64,000 bases of DNA, taken from the NCBI RefSeq assembly GCF_009914755.1, contig NC_060928.1; one strand, written 5' to 3'. Position 1 is the first letter of the stretch, and every line of letters begins with the position of its first letter. Below the pieces are notes generated by a model. That model ran no database searches. It worked only from the letters and a program-made list of their open reading frames with translations, and was not told where the DNA came from. Below, piece by piece: positions 15,321-30,203 of the stretch. Source of the stretch: the human T2T-CHM13v2.0 reference genome, Homo sapiens. The translations under genes and the position numbers were made by a program.

Positions 15321-17479
15321 TGATATTTTATGTACAGTATATAATACCTACTTTGGGTACTTTGATATTTTATGTACAGTATATAATGCATAATTTGGGT
15401 ACTTCAATAGTATATGCACAGTATATAATACATACTTTGGGTAATTTGATATTTTATGTACAGTATATAATGCATACTTTGGGTACTTTGATAGTTTATG
15501 TACAGTATACAATACATACTTTAGGTACTTTGATATTTTATGTACAGTATATAATATGTAGTTTGGGTACTTTGATATTTTAACTACAGTATATAATACA
15601 TACTTTGGGTACTTTGATATTTTATCTAAAGTATATAATAGATACTTTGGGTACTTTGATATATTATGTACAGTATATAATACATAGTTTGGTTACTTTG
15701 ATATTTTTTGTACAGTATGTAAAACATACTTTGGGGAGTTTGATATTTTATGAACAGTATATAATACACATTTTGGGTACTTTGATATTTTATGTACGGT
15801 ATATAATACATACTTTGTGTACTTTGATATTTTATGTACAGTATATAATTCATACTTTGGGTACTTTGATATTTTATGTACAGTATATAATACATACTTT
15901 GGGTACTTTGATATTTTATGAACAGTATATAATACATACTTTGGGTACTTTGATATTTTATGTACTGTATATAATACATACTTTGGGTACTTTTATATTT
16001 TATTTACAGTATATAATATATAGTTTGGGTACTTTGATATTTTATGTACGGTATATAATACATACTTTGGGTACTTTGATATTTTATGTATAGTATATAA
16101 TACATACTAAGCGCACTTTGATATTTTATGTACAGTATATAATACATACTTTGGTTACTCTGATATTTTATGTACAGTGTATAATACATACTTTGGGTAC
16201 TTTGATATTTTATGTATAGTATATAGTTTGAGTACTTTGATATTTTATGTACAGTTTTTTATAAATATTTGGGTGCTTTCATATTTTATGTACAGTATAT
16301 AATACATACTAAGCGCACTTTGATATTTTATGTACAGTATATAATACATACTTTGGTTACTCTGATATTTTATGTACAGTGTATAATACATACTTTGGGT
16401 ACTTTGATATTTTATGTACAATATATAATACATACGTTGGGAACTTTGATATATTATGTACATTATAAAATTCATACTTTGGGTACTTTGATATTTTATG
16501 TACAGTATATAATACATACTTTGTGTACTTTGATATTTTATGTACAGTATATAATACATACTTTGGGTACTTTGATATTTTATATACAGTATATAATACA
16601 TACTTTGGGTACTTTCATATTTTATGTACAGTATATAATATATAGTTTGGGTACTTTGATATTTTATCTACAGCTTATAATACATACTTTGGGTACTTTG
16701 ATATTTTATATACAGTATATAATACATACTTTGGGTAGTTTGATATTTTATGTACAGTATACAATATATAGTTTGAGTACTTTGATATTTTATGTGCAGT
16801 ATAAAATATATAGTTTTGGTACTTTGATATTTTATGTACAGTTTATAGTTTGAGTACTTTGATATTTTATGTACAGTTTATTATAAATGTTTGGGTACTT
16901 TCATATTTGATGTACAGTATTTAATACATAATTTGGGCACTTTGATATTTTATGTACAGTATATAATACATACTTTGGGTACTTTTCTATTTTATGCACA
17001 GTATATAATACATACTTTGTTTACTTTGATATTTAATGTACAGTATATAATACACAGTTTGCGTACTTTGATATTTTATGTAAAGCATGTAATACATAAT
17101 TTGGGCAGTTTGATATTTTATGTACAGTATGTAATACACACTTTGGATACTTTGATATTTTATGTACAGTATGTAAAACATACTTTGGGTAGTTTGATAT
17201 ATTATGTACAGTATATAATGCATACTTTGGGTACTCTGATATTTTATGTACAGTGTATAATACGTACTTTGGGTACTTTGATATTTTATGTACAGTATAT
17301 AATACATACATTGGGTACTTTGATATATTATGTACAGTATATAATACTTACTTGGGGTACTTTGATATTTTATGTACAGTATATAATACATACTTTGTGT
17401 ACTTTGATATTTTATGTACAGTATATAATACATACTTTGGGTACTTTGATATTTTATGTACAGTATATAATACATACTT

Positions 17480-20400
17480 TGGGTATCTTGATATTTTATG
17501 TACAGCATATAATGCATACTTTGGGTACTTTGATATTTTATGTACAGTATATAATGCATACTTTGAGTACTTTGATATTTTATGTACAGTATGTAATACA
17601 TACTTTGGGTACTTTGATATTTTATGTATAGTATATAATACATACTTTGTGTAGTTTGATATTTTATGTACAGTATACAATATATAGTTTGAGTACTTTG
17701 ATATTTTATGTCCAGTATAAAATGTATAGTTTTCCTAATTGATATTTTATGTACAGAATATAGTTTGAGTACTTTGATATTTTATGTACACTTTATTATA
17801 AATGTTTGGGTACTTTCATATTTTATGTACAGTATATAATACATACTTTGGTCTCTTTGATGTTTTATGTACAGTATATAATACATACTTTGGGTTCTTT
17901 GATATTTTATGTGCAGAATATAATGCATAGTTTTAGGTACTTTTATATTTTATGTACAGTATATAATACATACTTTGGGTACTTTGATATTTTATGTACA
18001 GTATATAATACATACTTTGGGAACTTTGATATTTTATGTACAGTATGTAATACATACTTTGGGTACTTTGATATTTTATGTACAGTATACAATATATAGT
18101 TTGAGTACTTTGATATTTTATGTCCAGTATAAAATACATAGATTTCATACTTTGATATTTTATGTACAGAATATAGTTTGAGTACTTTGATATTTTATGT
18201 ACACTTTATCATAAAAGTTTGGGTACTTTCATATTTTACGTACAGTATATAATACATACTTTGGGCACTTTGATGTTTTATGTACAGTATATAATACATA
18301 CTTTGGGTTCTTTGATATGTTATGTACAGCATATAATACATAATTTGGGGACTTTTATATTTTATGTACATTATATAATACATACTTTGGGTACTTTTAT
18401 ATTTTATGTACGGTATATAATACATACTTTGGGTACTTTGATATATTATGTACAGTATATAATACATACTTTGGGTACTTTGATATATTATGTACAGTAT
18501 ATAATACATACTTAGGGTACTTTGACATTTTATGTACAGTACATAATACATACCTTGGGTACTTTGATATTTTATGTACAGTATATAATACATACTTTGG
18601 GTACTTTGATATTTTATGTACAGTATATAATACATGTTTTGGGTACTTTTATATTTTATGTACAGTATATAATATATAGTTTGGGTACTTTGATATTTTA
18701 TGTACGGTATATAATACATACTTTGGGTACTTTGATATTTTATGTTCAGTATATAATACATACTTTGGGTACTTTGATATTTTATGTACAGTATATAATA
18801 CATACTTTGGGTACTTTGATATTTAATGTACAGTATATAATACACACTTTGCGTACTTTGATATTTTATGTAAAGTATGTAATACATACTTTGGGTACTT
18901 TGATATTTTATGTACAGTATGTAATACACGCTTTGGGTACTTTGATATTTTATGTAGAGTATGTAAAACATACTTTGGGTAGTTTGGTATTTTATGATCA
19001 GTATATAATACATATTTTGGGTACTTTGATATTTTATGTACAGTATATAATACATACTTTGGGTACTTTGATATTTTATGTACAGTATAAAATGCATAAT
19101 TTGGGTACTTCAATAGTTTATGCACAGTATATAATACATACTTTGGGTAATTTGATATTTTATGTACAGTATATAATGCATACTTTGGGTACTTTGATAG
19201 TTTATGTACAGTATACAATACATACTTTGGGTACTTTGATATTTTATGTACAGTATATAATATGTAGTTTGGGTACTTTGATATTTTAACTACAGTATAT
19301 AATACATACTTTGGGTACTTGGATATTTTATCTACAGTATATAATAGATACTTTGGGTACTTTGATATATTATGTACAGTATATAATACATAGTTTGGTT
19401 ACTTTGATATTTTTTGTACAGTATGTAAAACATAGTTTGGGGAGTTTGATATTTTATGAACAGTATATAATACACATTTTGGGTACTTTGATATTTTATG
19501 TACGGTATATAATACATACTTTGGGTACTTTGATATTTTATGTACAGTATATAATTCATACTTTGGGTACTTTGATATTTTATGTACAGTATATAATACA
19601 TACATTGGGTACTTCGATATTTTATGTGCAGTACCCTATATATAGTTTGGGTACTTTGATATTTTATGTCCAGTATAAAATAAATAGTTTTGGTACTTTG
19701 ATATTTTATATACAGTATATAGTTTGAGTACTTTGATATTTAATGTTCAGTTTATTATAAATGTTTGGGTGCTTTCATATTTTATATACAGTATATAATA
19801 CATACTTTGGGCACTTTGATATTTTCTGTACAGTATATAATACATACTTTGGGTACTTTGATATTTTATGTACGGTATATAATACATACATTGGGTACTT
19901 TGATATTTTATGTACAGTATATAATATATAGTTTGGTTACTTTGATATTTTATATATAGTATATAATATATATTATGTGTACTTTGATATATTATGTACA
20001 GTATATAATATATAGTATGGGTTGTTTGATATTTTATGTACAGTATATAATATATAGTTTGGGTAGTTTGATATTTTTAGTACAGTATGTAATATATAGT
20101 TTGTTTTATTTGATATTTTATGTACAGTATACAATATATAGTATTGGTACTTTGATATTTCATGTAAAGTATACAGTTTGAGTACTTTGATATTTTATAT
20201 GCAGTTTATTATAAATGTTTGGGTACCTTCATATTTTATGTACAGTATATAATACATACTTTGGGAACTTTTATTTTATGTGCAGTATATAATACATACT
20301 TTGGGTACTTTGATATTTCATGTACAGTATATAATACACACTTTGGGTACTTTGATATTTTATGTACAGTATATAATACACACTTTGGGTACTTTGATAT

Positions 20401-23400
20401 TTTATGTACAGTATATAATACATACTTTGGGTACTTTGATGTATTATGTACAGTATATAATACATACTTTGGGTACTTTGATATTTTATGTACAGTATAT
20501 AATACATACTTTGGGTACTTTGATATTTTATGTACAGTATGTAATACACACTTTGGGTACTTTGATATTTTATGTACAGTATGTAAAACATACTTTGGGT
20601 AGTTTGATATATTATGTACAGTATATAATACATACTTTGGGTACTCTGATATTTTATGTACAGTGTATAATACATACTTTGGGTACTTTGATATTTTATG
20701 TACAGTATATAATACATACTTTGGGTACTTTGATATTTTATGTACAGTATATAATACTTACTTGGGGTATCTTGATATTTTATGTACAGTATATAATGCA
20801 TACTTTGGGTACTTTGATATTTTATGTACAGTATATAATGCATACTTTGAGTACTTTGATATTTTATGTACAGTATGTAATACATACTTTGGGTACTTTG
20901 ATATTTTATGTATAGTATATAATACATACTTTGTGTAGTTTGATATTTTATGTACAGTATACAATATATAGTTTGAGTACTTTGATATTTTATGTCCAGT
21001 ATAAAATATATAGTTTTCCTAATTGATATTTTATGTACAGAATATAGTTTGAGTACTTTGATATTTTATGTACACTTTATTATAAATGTTTGGGTAATTT
21101 CATATTTTATGTACAGTATATAATACATACTTTGGTCTCTTTGATGTTTTATGTACAGTATATAATACATACTTTGGGTTCTTTGATATTTTATGTGCAG
21201 AATATAATGCATAGTTTTAGGTACTTTTATATTTTATGTACAGTATATAATACATACTTTGGGTACTTTGATATTTTATGTACAGTATATAATACATACT
21301 TTGGGTACTTTGATATTTTATGTACAGTATATAATACATATTATTGGTACTTTGATATTTTATGTACAGTATACAATATATAGTTTGAGTACTTTGATAT
21401 TTTATGTCCAGTATAAAATACATAGATTTCATACTTTGATATTTTATGTACAGAATATAGTTTCAGTACTTTGATATTTTATGTACACTTTATCATAAAA
21501 GTTTGGGTACTTTCATATTTTACGTACAGTATATAATACATACTTTGGTCACTTTGATGTTTTATGTACAGTATATAATACATACTTTGGGTTCTTTGAT
21601 ATGTTATGTACAGCATATAGTACATAATTTGGGGACTTTTATATTTTATGTACATTATATAATACATACTTTGGGTACTTTTATATTTTATGTACGGTAT
21701 ATAATACATACTTTGGGTACTTTGATATATTATGTACAGTATATAATACATACTTTGGGTACTTTGATATATTATGTACAGTATATAATACATACTTAGG
21801 GTACTTTGACATTTTATGTACAGTACATAATACATACTTTGGGTACTTTGATATTTTATGTACAGTATATAATACATACTTTGGGTACTTTGATATTTTA
21901 TGTACAGTATATAATACATGTTTTGGGTACTTTTACATTTTATGTACAGTATATAATATATAGTTTGGGTACTTTGATATTTTATGTACGGTATATAATA
22001 CATACTTTGGGTACTTTGATATTTTATGTACAGTATATAATACATACTTTGGGTACTTTGATAATTTATGTACAGTATATAATACATACTTTGGGTACTT
22101 TGATATTTAATGTACAGTATATAATACACACTTTGCGTACTTTGATATTTTATGTAAAGTATGTAATACATACTTTGGGTAGTTTGATATTTTATGTACA
22201 GTATGTAATACACGCTTTGGGTACTTTGATATTTTATGTAGAGTATGTAAAACATACTTTGGGTAGTTTGGTATTTTATGATCAGTATATAATACATATT
22301 TTGGGTACTTTGATATTTTATGTACAGTATATAATACATACTTTGGGTACTTTGATATTTTATGTACAGTATATAATGCATAATTTGGGTACTTCAATAG
22401 TTTATGCACAGTATATAATACATACTTTGGGTAATTTGATATTTTATGTACAGTATATAATGCATACTTTGGGTACTTTGATAGTTTATGTACAGTATAC
22501 AATACATACTTTGGGTACTTTGATATTTTATGTACAGTATATATTATGTAGTTTGGGTACTTTGATATTTTAACTACAGTATATAATACATACTTTGGGT
22601 ACTTTGATATTTTATCTACAGTATATAATAGATACTTTGGGTACTTTGATATATTATGTACAGTATATAATACATAGTTTGGTTACTTTGATATTTTTTG
22701 TACAGTATGTAAAACATACTTTGGGGAGTTTGATATTTTATGAACAGTATATAATACACATTTTGGGTACTTTGATATTTTATGTACGGTATATAATACA
22801 TACTTTGGGTACTTTGATATTTTATGTACAGTATATAGTTCATACTTTGGGTACTTTGATATTTTATGTACAGTATATAATACATACATTGGGTACTTCG
22901 ATATTTTATGTGCAGTACCCTATATATAGTTTGGGTACTTTGATATATTATGTCCAGTATAAAATAAATAGTTTTGGTACTTTGATATTTTATGTACAGT
23001 ATATAGTTTGAGTACTTTGATATTTAATGTTCAGTTTATTATAAATGTTTGGGTGCTTTCATATTTTATATACAGTATATAATACATACTTTGGGCACTT
23101 TGATATTTTCTGTACAGTATATAATACATACTTTGGGTACTTTGATATTTTATGTATGGTATATAATACATACATTGGGTACTTTGATATTTTATGTACA
23201 GTATATAATATATAGTTTGGTTACTTTGATATTTTATATACAGTATATAATATATATTATGTGTACTTTGATATATTATGTACAGTATATAATATATAGT
23301 ATGGGTTGTTTGATATTTTATGTACAGTATATAATATATAGTTTGGGTAGTTTGATATTTTTAGTACAGTATGTAATATATAGTTTGTTTTATTTGGTAT

Positions 23401-24200
23401 TTTATGTACAGTATACAATATATAGTATTGGTACTTTGATATTTCATGTAAAGTATATAGTTTGAGTACTTTGATATTTTATATGCAGTTTATTATAAAT
23501 GTTTGGGTACCTTCATATTTTATGTACAGTATATAATACATACTTTGGGAACTTTTATTTTATGTGCAGTATATAATACATACTTTGGGTACTTTGATAT
23601 TTCATGTACAGTATATAATACACACTTTGGGTACTTTGATATTTTATGTACAGTATATAATACACACTTTGGGTAGTTTGATATTTTATGTACAGTATAT
23701 AATACATACTTTGGGTACTTTGATGTATTATGTACAGTATATAATACATACTTTGGGTACTTTGATATTTTATGTACACTATATAATACATACTTTGGGT
23801 ACTTTGATATTTTATGTACAGTATGTAATACACACTTTGGGTACTTTGATATTTTATGTACAGTATGTAAAACATACTTTGGGTAGTTTGATATATTATG
23901 TACAGTATATAATACATACTTTGTGTACTCTGATATTTTATGTACAGTGTATAATACATACTTTGGGTACTTTGATATTTTATGTACAGTATATAATACA
24001 TACATTGGGTACTTTGATATATTATGTACAGTATATAATACTTACTTGGGGTATCTTGATATTTTATGTACAGTATATAATGCATACTTTGGGTACTTTG
24101 ATATTTTATGTACAGTATATAATGCATACTTTGAGTACTTTGATATTTTATGTACAGTATGTAATACATACTTTGGGTACTTTGATATTTTATGTACAGT
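17480..24200. repeat. Nested tandem duplication, period 3,284 bp, inside the 12.7-kb unit
   Basis: Junction pairs 17806/21090, 18219/21503, 19765/23049, 20219/23503. Confidence 0.85.
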
Positions 24201-26043
24201 ATATAATACATACTTTGGGTACTTTGATATTTTATGTACAGTATATAATATATAGTTTGGGTACTTTGATAATTTATGTACAGTGTATAACACATACTTT
24301 GGGTACTTTGATATTTTATGTACAGTATATAATACATACTTTGGGTACTTTGATATTTTATATACAGTATATAATACATACTTTGGGTACTTTCATATTT
24401 CATGTACAGTTTATAATATATAGTTTGGGTACTTTGGTATATTATGTACTGTATATAATACATACTTTGGGTACTTTGATATTTTATGTACAGTATATAA
24501 TACATACTTTGGGTACTTTGATATTTTATGTACAGTATACAATATATACTTTGACTACTTTGATATTTTATGTCCAGTATAGAATATATAGTTTTGGTAG
24601 TTTGATATTTTATGTACAGTATATAGTTTGAGTACATTGATATTTTATGTACACTTTATTATAAATGTTTGGATACTTTCATATTTTATGTACAGTATTT
24701 AATACATACTTTGGGCACTTTGATATTTTATGTACAGTATACAATACATACTTTGGGTTCTTTGATATTTTATTTACAGTATATAATACATAATTTGGGT
24801 ACTTTGATATTTTATTTACAGTATATAATGCATACTTTGGGTACTTTGATGTTTTATGTACAGTATATAATACATACTTAGGGTACTTTGACATTTTATG
24901 TGCAGTACATAATACATACTTTGGATACTTTGTTATTTTAAATACAGTATGTAATACATATTTTGGGTACTTTGATATTTTATGTACAGTATATAATACA
25001 TACTTTGGTACTTTTATATTTCATGTACAGTATATAATATATAGTTTGAGTACTTTGATATTTTATGTACAGTATATAATACATAGTTTGGGTATTTTGA
25101 TATTTTATGTACAGTATATAATACATACTTTGGGTACTTTGATATTTTATGTACAGTATATAATATATAGTTTGGGTACTTTGATAATTTATGTGCAGTA
25201 TATAACACATACTTTCGGTAGTTGGATATTTTATGTACAGTATATAATACATACTTTGGGTACTTCGATATTTGATGTACAGTATACTATATATAGTTTG
25301 GGTACTTTGATATTTTATGTCGGGTACAAAATAAATAGTTTTGGTACTTAGATATTTTATGTACAGTATATAGTTTGAGTACTTTGATATTTTATGTACA
25401 GTTTATTATTAATGGGTGCTTTCATATTTTATGTACAGTATATAATACATACTATGGGCACTTTGATATTTTATGTACAGTATATAATACATAATTTGGG
25501 TACTTTGATATTTTATATACACTACATAATACATACTTTGGGTACTTTGATATTTTATGTACAGTACATAATATATAGTTTGGGTACTTTGATATTGTAT
25601 GTGCAGTATATAACACATACTTTCGGTACTTGGATATTTTATGTACAGTATATAATACATAATTTGGGTACTTCCATATTTTATGTACAGTATGCTATAT
25701 ATACTTTGGGTACTTTGATATTTTATGTCCAGTATAAAATAAAAAGTTTTGGTAATTCGATATTTTATGTACAGTGTATCGTTTGAGTACTTTGATATTT
25801 TATGTACACTTTATTATAAATGTTTGGGTAATTTCATATTTTATGTACAGTATATAATACATACTTTGGTCTCTTTGATGTTTTATGTACAGTATATAAT
25901 ACATACTTTGGGTTCTTTGATATTTTATGTGCAGAATATAATGCATAGTTTTAGGTACTTTTATATTTTATGTACAGTATATAATACATACTTTGGGTAC
26001 TTTGATATTTTATGTACAGTATATAATACATACTTTGGGTACT

Positions 26044-28044
26044 TTGATATTTTATGTACAGTATATAATACATATTATTGGTACTTTGATATTTTATGTA
26101 CAGTATACAATATATAGTTTGAGTACTTTGATATTTTATGTCCAGTATAAAATACATAGATTTCATACTTTGATATTTTATGTACAGAATATAGTTTGAG
26201 TACTTTGATATTTTATGTACACTTTATCATAAAAGTTTGGGTACTTTCATATTTTACGTACAGTATATAATACATACTTTGGGCACTTTGATGTTTTATG
26301 TACAGTATATAATACATACTTTGGGTTCTTTGATATGTTATGTACAGCATATAGTACATAATTTGGGGACTTTTATATTTTATGTACATTATATAATACA
26401 TACTTTGGGTACTTTTATATTTTATGTACGGTATATAATACATACTTTGGGTACTTTGGTATATTATGTACAGTATATAATACATACTTTGGGTACTTTG
26501 ATATATTATGTACAGTATATAATACATACTTAGGGTACTTTGACATTTTATGTACAGTACATAATACATACTTTGGGTACTTTGATATTTTATGTACAGT
26601 ATATAATACATACTTTGGGTACTTTGATATTTTATGTACAGTATATAATACATGTTTTGGGTACTTTTACATTTTATGTACAGTATATAATATATAGTTT
26701 GGGTACTTTGATATTTTATGTACGGTATATAATACATACTTTGGGTACTCTGATATTTTATGTACAGTATATAATACATACTTTGGGTACTTTGATAATT
26801 TATGTACAGTATATAATACATACTTTGGGTACTTTGATATTTAATGTACAGTATATAATACACACTTTGCGTACTTTGATATTTTATGTAAAGTATGTAA
26901 TACATACTTTGGGTACTTTGATATTTTATGTACAGTATGTAATACACGCTTTGGGTACTTTGATATTTTATGTAGAGTATGTAAAACATACTTTGGGTAG
27001 TTTGGTATTTTATGATCAGTATATAATACATATTTTGGGTACTTTGATATTTTATGTACAGTATATAATACATATTATTGGTACTTTGATATTTTATGTA
27101 CAGTATACAATATATAGTTTGAGTACTTTGATATTTTATGTCCAGTATAAAATACATAGATTTCATACTTTGATATTTTATGTACAGAATATAGTTTGAG
27201 TACTTTGATATTTTATGTACACTTTATCATAAAAGTTTGGGTACTTTCATATTTTACGTACAGTATATAATACATACTTTGGGCACTTTGATGTTTTATG
27301 TACAGTATATAATACATACTTTGGGTCCTTTGATATGTTATGTACAGCATATAGTACATAATTTGGGGACTTTTATATTTTATGTACATTATATAATACA
27401 TACTTTGGGTACTTTTATATTTTATGTACGGTATATAATACATACTTTGGGTACTTTGATATATTATGTACAGTATATAATACATACTTTGGGTACTTTG
27501 ATATATTATGTACAGTATATAATACATACTTAGGGTACTTTGACATTTTATGTACAGTACATAATACATACTTTGGGTACTTTGATATTTTATGTACAGT
27601 ATATAATACATACTTTGGGTACTTTGATATTTTATGTACAGTATATAATACATGTTTTGGGTACTTTTACATTTTATGTACAGTATATAATATATAGTTT
27701 GGGTACTTTGATATTTTATGTACGGTATATAATACATACTTTGGGTACTTTGATATTTTATGTACAGTATATAATACATACTTTGGGTACTTTGATATTT
27801 TATGTACAGTATATAATACATACTTTGGGTACTTTGATATTTAATGTACAGTATATAATACACACTTTGCGTACTTTGATATTTTATGTAAAGTATGTAA
27901 TACATACTTTGGGTACTTTGATATTTTATGTACAGTATGTAATACACGCTTTGGGTACTTTGATATTTTATGTAGAGTATGTAAAACATACTTTGGGTAG
28001 TTTGGTATTTTATGATCAGTATATAATACATATTTTGGGTACTT
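26044..28044. repeat. Second copy of the 1,000-bp duplication, carried by the 12.7-kb unit
   Basis: Junctions at 26237/27237; ORFs at 26540/27540. Confidence 0.9.
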
Positions 28045-30203
28045 TGATATTTTATGTACAGTATATAATACCTACTTTGGGTACTTTGATATTTTATGTA
28101 CAGTATATAATGCATAATTTGGGTACTTCAATAGTATATGCACAGTATATAATACATACTTTGGGTAATTTGATATTTTATGTACAGTATATAATGCATA
28201 CTTTGGGTACTTTGATAGTTTATGTACAGTATACAATACATACTTTAGGTACTTTGATATTTTATGTACAGTATATAATATGTAGTTTGGGTACTTTGAT
28301 ATTTTAACTACAGTATATAATACATACTTTGGGTACTTTGATATTTTATCTACAGTATATAATAGATACTTTGGGTACTTTGATATATTATGTACAGTAT
28401 ATAATACATAGTTTGGTTACTTTGACATTTTTTGTACAGTATGTAAAACATACTTTGGGGAGTTTGATATTTTATGAACAGTATATAATACACATTTTGG
28501 GTACTTTGATATTTTATGTACGGTATATAATACATACTTTGTGTACTTTGATATTTTATGTACAGTATATAATTCATACCTTGGGTACTTTGATATTTTA
28601 TGTACAGTATATAATACATACTTTGGGTACTTTGATATTTTATGAACAGTATATAATACATACTTTGGGTACTTTGATATTTTATGTACTGTATATAATA
28701 CATACTTTGGGTACTTTTATATTTTATGTACAGTATATAATATATAGTTTGGGTACTTTGATATTTTATGTACGGTATATAATACATACTTTGGGTACTT
28801 TGATATTTTATGTATAGTATATAATACATACTAAGCGCACTTTGATATTTTATGTACAGTATATAATACATACTTTGGTTACTCTGATATTTTATGTACA
28901 GTGTATAATACATACTTTGGGTACTTTGATATTTTATGTATAGTATATAGTTTGAGTACTTTGATATTTTATGTACAGTTTTTTATAAATATTTGGGTGC
29001 TTTCATATTTTATGTACAGTATATAATACATACTAAGCGCACTTTGATATTTTATGTACAGTATATAATACATACTTTGGTTACTCTGATATTTTATGTA
29101 CAGTGTATAATACATACTTTGGGTACTTTGATATTTTATGTACAATATATAATACATACGTTGGGAACTTTGATATATTATGTACATTATAAAATTCATA
29201 CTTTGGGTACTTTGATATTTTATGTACAGTATATAATACATACTTTGTGTACTTTGATATTTTATGTACAGTATATAATACATACTTTGGGTACTTTGAT
29301 ATTTTATATACAGTATATAATACATACTTTGGGTACTTTCATATTTTATGTACAGTATATAATATATAGTTTGGGTACTTTGATATTTTATCTACAGCTT
29401 ATAATACATACTTTGGGTACTTTGATATTTTATATACAGTATATAATACATACTTTGGGTAGTTTGATATTTTATGTACAGTATACAATATATAGTTTGA
29501 GTACTTTGATATTTTATGTGCAGTATAAAATATATAGTTTTGGTACTTTGATATTTTATGTACAGTTTATAGTTTGAGTACTTTGATATTTTATGTACAG
29601 TTTATTATAAATGTTTGGGTACTTTCATATTTGATGTACAGTATTTAATACATAATTTGGGCACTTTGATATTTTATGTACAGTATATAATACATACTTT
29701 GGGTACTTTTCTATTTTATGCACAGTATATAATACATACTTTGTTTACTTTGATATTTAATGTACAGTATATAATACACAGTTTGCGTACTTTGATATTT
29801 TATGTAAAGCATGTAATACATAATTTGGGCAGTTTGATATTTTATGTACAGTATGTAATACACACTTTGGATACTTTGATATTTTATGTACAGTATGTAA
29901 AACATACTTTGGGTAGTTTGATATATTATGTACAGTATATAATGCATACTTTGGGTACTCTGATATTTTATGTACAGTGTATAATACGTACTTTGGGTAC
30001 TTTGATATTTTATGTACAGTATATAATACATACATTGGGTACTTTGATATATTATGTACAGTATATAATACTTACTTGGGGTACTTTGATATTTTATGTA
30101 CAGTATATAATACATACTTTGTGTACTTTGATATTTTATGTACAGTATATAATACATACTTTGGGTACTTTGATATTTTATGTACAGTATATAATACATA
30201 CTT

